The notes below the pieces were generated by a model. It did not search any database, was not told the origin of the DNA, and worked only from the letters and a program-made list of their open reading frames with translations. 64,000 nt of DNA from Bacteroidota bacterium (GTDB lineage Bacteria; Bacteroidota; Ignavibacteria; UBA10030; UBA8401), in the NCBI GenBank assembly GCA_021796275.1, contig JAJYOI010000003.1, forward strand, positions 1,532 through 65,531, in the 5' to 3' direction. How positions within the stretch are numbered: the first letter of the stretch is position 1; each line of letters opens with the position of its first letter. Both the position numbers and the translations under genes were made by a program. Positions 61,195 through 64,000 of this stretch are shown piece by piece.

Positions 61195-62016
61195 TTACTG
61201 CGCCGCAGGCGCATTCGGCGTCGATTGTGCAAGATTCACCTTCAGCCAAAAATCAATCGGCTTCGGTCTTTCTACAGCTGAACGATCACCGCCTCTTTCA
61301 CCTCTTCTGCCACCAAACCCGCCCTCACGTCCTCCGAACTCTCCCCTGCCGCCTTCACCTCCTTCTCTGAATCCACCTTCGGGTCTTTGACGCGATTCAA
61401 ATTTCCCTCCTTCAAAACCGACGCCGATTGCTTTTCCCGTTGCGTTGATCGCGTACGGAGTTTCCTCCGAAGTGTGAAGCGGTACTTTCATTTCATAAAC
61501 AAGATAGTCCTGATAGTTTTTGATGTACAACTCAATCCCTTTCGCCTCAACCGGCGTAAGTTGAATCGAACCGCTTTTCCTTTTATCAATAATCTCAAGC
61601 TGGCTTTCCATTTCTTGTATCATCTTTTCTCGTTCTTCAGTACTTCCTTCTTGACCTTCTTGCGGCGACTGAAATTCTCCACGTCCCGCCCGCCCTAACG
61701 GAAAATGAATCCCAAATGTTTTATCGTCGCTGCCAACCGGATCAAACCAGACGGTGAATCCTAAACCGAAAAACTGGAACGATTGCTGACGCGATGTCGT
61801 CTTGAAAATGACATACACATTACTGCTGTCGTTGCGAACACCGACGCTGACTTCATCATCGGGAAGATAAGCAATTCCTCCGTTCCAATCGTTTTCTTTT
61901 CCGTCAACAACTATTTCATGATTATCCCACGTGCTTCGCAGGAGCGTAGTGGTGGAACAGCCCGAGAAATAAAAAAGAGCAGAAAAGAAGAAGTTAAAGA
62001 AGATGAGAGAGCGCAT
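61195..62016 (-). CDS. Hypothetical lipoprotein with Gly/Arg-rich segment
   Basis: Lipobox FSGC; VDG...DW and ND..N.Y segments; GGRGEFGGR repeats. Confidence 0.75.
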   Translation of the reverse strand: MRSLIFFNFFFSALFYFSGCSTTTLLRSTWDNHEIVVDGKENDWNGGIAYLPDDEVSVGVRNDSSNVYVIFKTTSRQQSFQFFGLGFTVWFDPVGSDDKTFGIHFPLGRAGRGEFQSPQEGQEGSTEEREKMIQEMESQLEIIDKRKSGSIQLTPVEAKGIELYIKNYQDYLVYEMKVPLHTSEETPYAINATGKAIGVGFEGGKFESRQRPEGGFREGGEGGRGEFGGREGGFGGRRGERGGDRSAVERPKPIDFWLKVNLAQSTPNAPAAQ

Positions 62017-62161
62017 ACAAATACCTTTGATGTTAAAATATGGCAATAGAATGTTCTTTTGATGATGCGGCGCGAAAAAAGTTTAATGGAGTTGAGTTAT
62101 GTTCAGATTTTTGGTAGAATAGAGGCAGCCTAATTCAGTGAATTCAACAAAAGGAGTTTTT

Positions 62162-63712
62162 ATGTCACAGCGCGTACGGTTATTGTTGTTCGTTTTTCAA
62201 CTCGTTGTCTTTTTTTCTTTTCCATCATTTTCAACGGCGAAATCGAAAACAGAATCTGCTGAAGACAGCTCCGGCACTGGAGTTCTTGAGGTACCACCGG
62301 TTGTCACACATCATCAGATGATGGTTGACGGAAAACCGCTGAAGTACACCGCAACCGCCGGCTATATGGTAATGAAAGATGAAAACGGAAAAGCGAAAGC
62401 AAAAATTTTCTTCATCGCATACACAAAAGATGGTGTAACCGATCCGTCCACGCGCCCGATTTGTTTTACGTTCAACGGCGGGCCGGGATCGTCTTCTGTA
62501 TGGCTTCATCTCGGCGCGCTCGGACCCAAGCGCGTATTGTTGAAAGATGACGGTGAGCCACTTCCACCTCCATACAAGCTTGTGGATAATGAATACACAT
62601 GGCTTGACCGCACCGATCTGGTTTTCATTGATCCGGTTGAAACAGGGTACAGTCGTCCTGCTCCCGGCGAAGACAAAAAACAATTCACCGGATACAATGA
62701 GGACATTCATTCTGTCGGCGAATTTATCCGCTTGTACACAACGCGCTATGAGCGATGGGCTTCGCCGAAATTTCTTGCCGGAGAAAGCTACGGCACAACG
62801 CGCGCTGCCGGACTTTCCGGATATTTGGAAGACCGCTACGGATTGTATCTCAATGGTATTTGTTTGGTCTCGGCAATTCTGAATTTTGAAACGGCGGAAT
62901 TTGCTACCGGCAACGATCTGCCGTATGTATTGTTTCTCCCTTCATATACAGCAACGGCATGGTACCATAAAAAACTTTCTTCCGATTTGGAGCAAAATAT
63001 GAAAAAGGCGCTCGACGAGTCGAAACAGTTTGCACTCGGAGAGTACGCTTCTGCGCTAATGCAGGGAGACCAGCTTCCGAAGGAAGAAGAGCAGAAAATT
63101 GTGCAAGAGCTTTCACGCCTTACCGGGCTTTCGCCGCAGTACATTGAAGAAACGAATCTTCGCATTCATATTTTCCGTTTCTGCAAAGAACTGGAGCGAA
63201 GTGAGCGCAAAACAGTCGGCAGGTACGACAGCCGCTTTGAAGGAATTGACCGCGATGCCGCCGGTGATACACCCGATTATGATCCGAGTTATGATGCCGG
63301 TGTGCTGGCACCGTTCACTGCAACGATCAATGATTATCTTCGAAGAGATCTCGGATACAAAAATGATATTCCGTATGAAATTCTGACGGGGCGGGTGCAG
63401 CCGTGGAATTTCAATAACGTGCAGAACGAATATCTGAACGTTGCCGAAACTTTGCGGGACGCGATGACCAAAAACAAGTATATGAAGGTCTGGATTGCGA
63501 ACGGTTACTTCGATCTTGCAACGCCGTTTCTTGCAACGCAGTACACCATCAACACAATGCAGCTTGCCCCGTCGGTCCGAAAAAATATTACGTTGACTTA
63601 TTATGAATCGGGGCATATGGTGTACATTAACAAACCGTCGCTTGAGCAGTTGAAGAAAGATTTCGTGACATTTTTAGATTCCGCATTGCCGGCGCACGAT
63701 GAAACAAAATGA
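62162..63712 (+). CDS. Peptidase S10 (serine carboxypeptidase)
   Basis: FNGGPGSSS, GESYG, DLATP and GHM motifs. Confidence 0.92.
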   Translation: MSQRVRLLLFVFQLVVFFSFPSFSTAKSKTESAEDSSGTGVLEVPPVVTHHQMMVDGKPLKYTATAGYMVMKDENGKAKAKIFFIAYTKDGVTDPSTRPICFTFNGGPGSSSVWLHLGALGPKRVLLKDDGEPLPPPYKLVDNEYTWLDRTDLVFIDPVETGYSRPAPGEDKKQFTGYNEDIHSVGEFIRLYTTRYERWASPKFLAGESYGTTRAAGLSGYLEDRYGLYLNGICLVSAILNFETAEFATGNDLPYVLFLPSYTATAWYHKKLSSDLEQNMKKALDESKQFALGEYASALMQGDQLPKEEEQKIVQELSRLTGLSPQYIEETNLRIHIFRFCKELERSERKTVGRYDSRFEGIDRDAAGDTPDYDPSYDAGVLAPFTATINDYLRRDLGYKNDIPYEILTGRVQPWNFNNVQNEYLNVAETLRDAMTKNKYMKVWIANGYFDLATPFLATQYTINTMQLAPSVRKNITLTYYESGHMVYINKPSLEQLKKDFVTFLDSALPAHDETK

Positions 63713-63715
63713 TAG

Positions 63716-63794
63716 TCATTCCCGCGAAAGCGGGAGTTCATTTTTAAAACTGGATTATCAATAATTAGATTCCCGACAAAGCATTCAGGAATGA
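63716..63794. repeat. REP/BIME-like inverted pair
   Basis: gtcattcccgcgaaagcggga ... attcccgacaaagcattcaggaatgac; the second half recurs at about 54371-54398. Confidence 0.65.
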
Positions 63795-63849
63795 CGTTCA
63801 ACTTTTTTGGATAACTTTAGTTACGAAAAAAACATTTTTGAGGTAAAGC

Positions 63850-64000
63850 ATGTTTAGGTTCCGACAATTTCTGTTTACAATCTTTTTTTTGGCAATTCTC
63901 TTCGTTTCTGCAATCGCGCAAGAATTTAATCCGAATTTGTATCAGAATATGCAATGGCGAATGATTGGTCCGTTTCGTGGAGGAAGAACGGCCAGTGCGG
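63850..64000 (+). CDS. Start of a secreted BNR/VPS10-like glycosyl hydrolase (partial)
   Basis: Signal peptide then QWRMIGPFRGGR; SD GAGGT. Confidence 0.75.
   Translation, partial: MFRFRQFLFTIFFLAILFVSAIAQEFNPNLYQNMQWRMIGPFRGGRTASA

Overview
This is a 64-kb chromosomal window from a bacterium of the Bacteroidota-Chlorobi group, most likely Ignavibacteria-like. That inference rests on a PorV-family gene, T9SS-type C-terminal sorting domains, canonical TTGACA-17-TATAxT promoters and Shine-Dalgarno sites. Core content: LPS genes (GT9 heptosyltransferase, lipid A acyltransferase), a sugar ABC transporter, a TonB receptor/large secreted protein/PorV module, trmH, trxA, dnaE, an aldehyde dehydrogenase, proS, tRNA-Arg(CCU), a six-subunit Ni-less hydrogenase-related (Ehr) complex headed by an HTH-PTS EIIA regulator, a DUF1800-DUF1501 pair, a PAS kinase, an expansin and an S10 peptidase. 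The main non-obvious structure is fourfold. (i) Three separate minus-strand integron-like cassette clusters (about 19.8-21.3, 45.3-49.6 and 52.6-54.2 kb), each headed by a related attI-like motif, with only one internally deleted, co-directional integrase relic. (ii) Two roughly 270-bp, 13-unit arrays with 21-nt periodicity, one directly downstream of an uncharacterised two-repeat helical protein gene. (iii) Palindromic REP-like elements, some inserted in frame in dnaE and lpxL. (iv) REP-carrying MITEs. All calls are by eye, without database searches.
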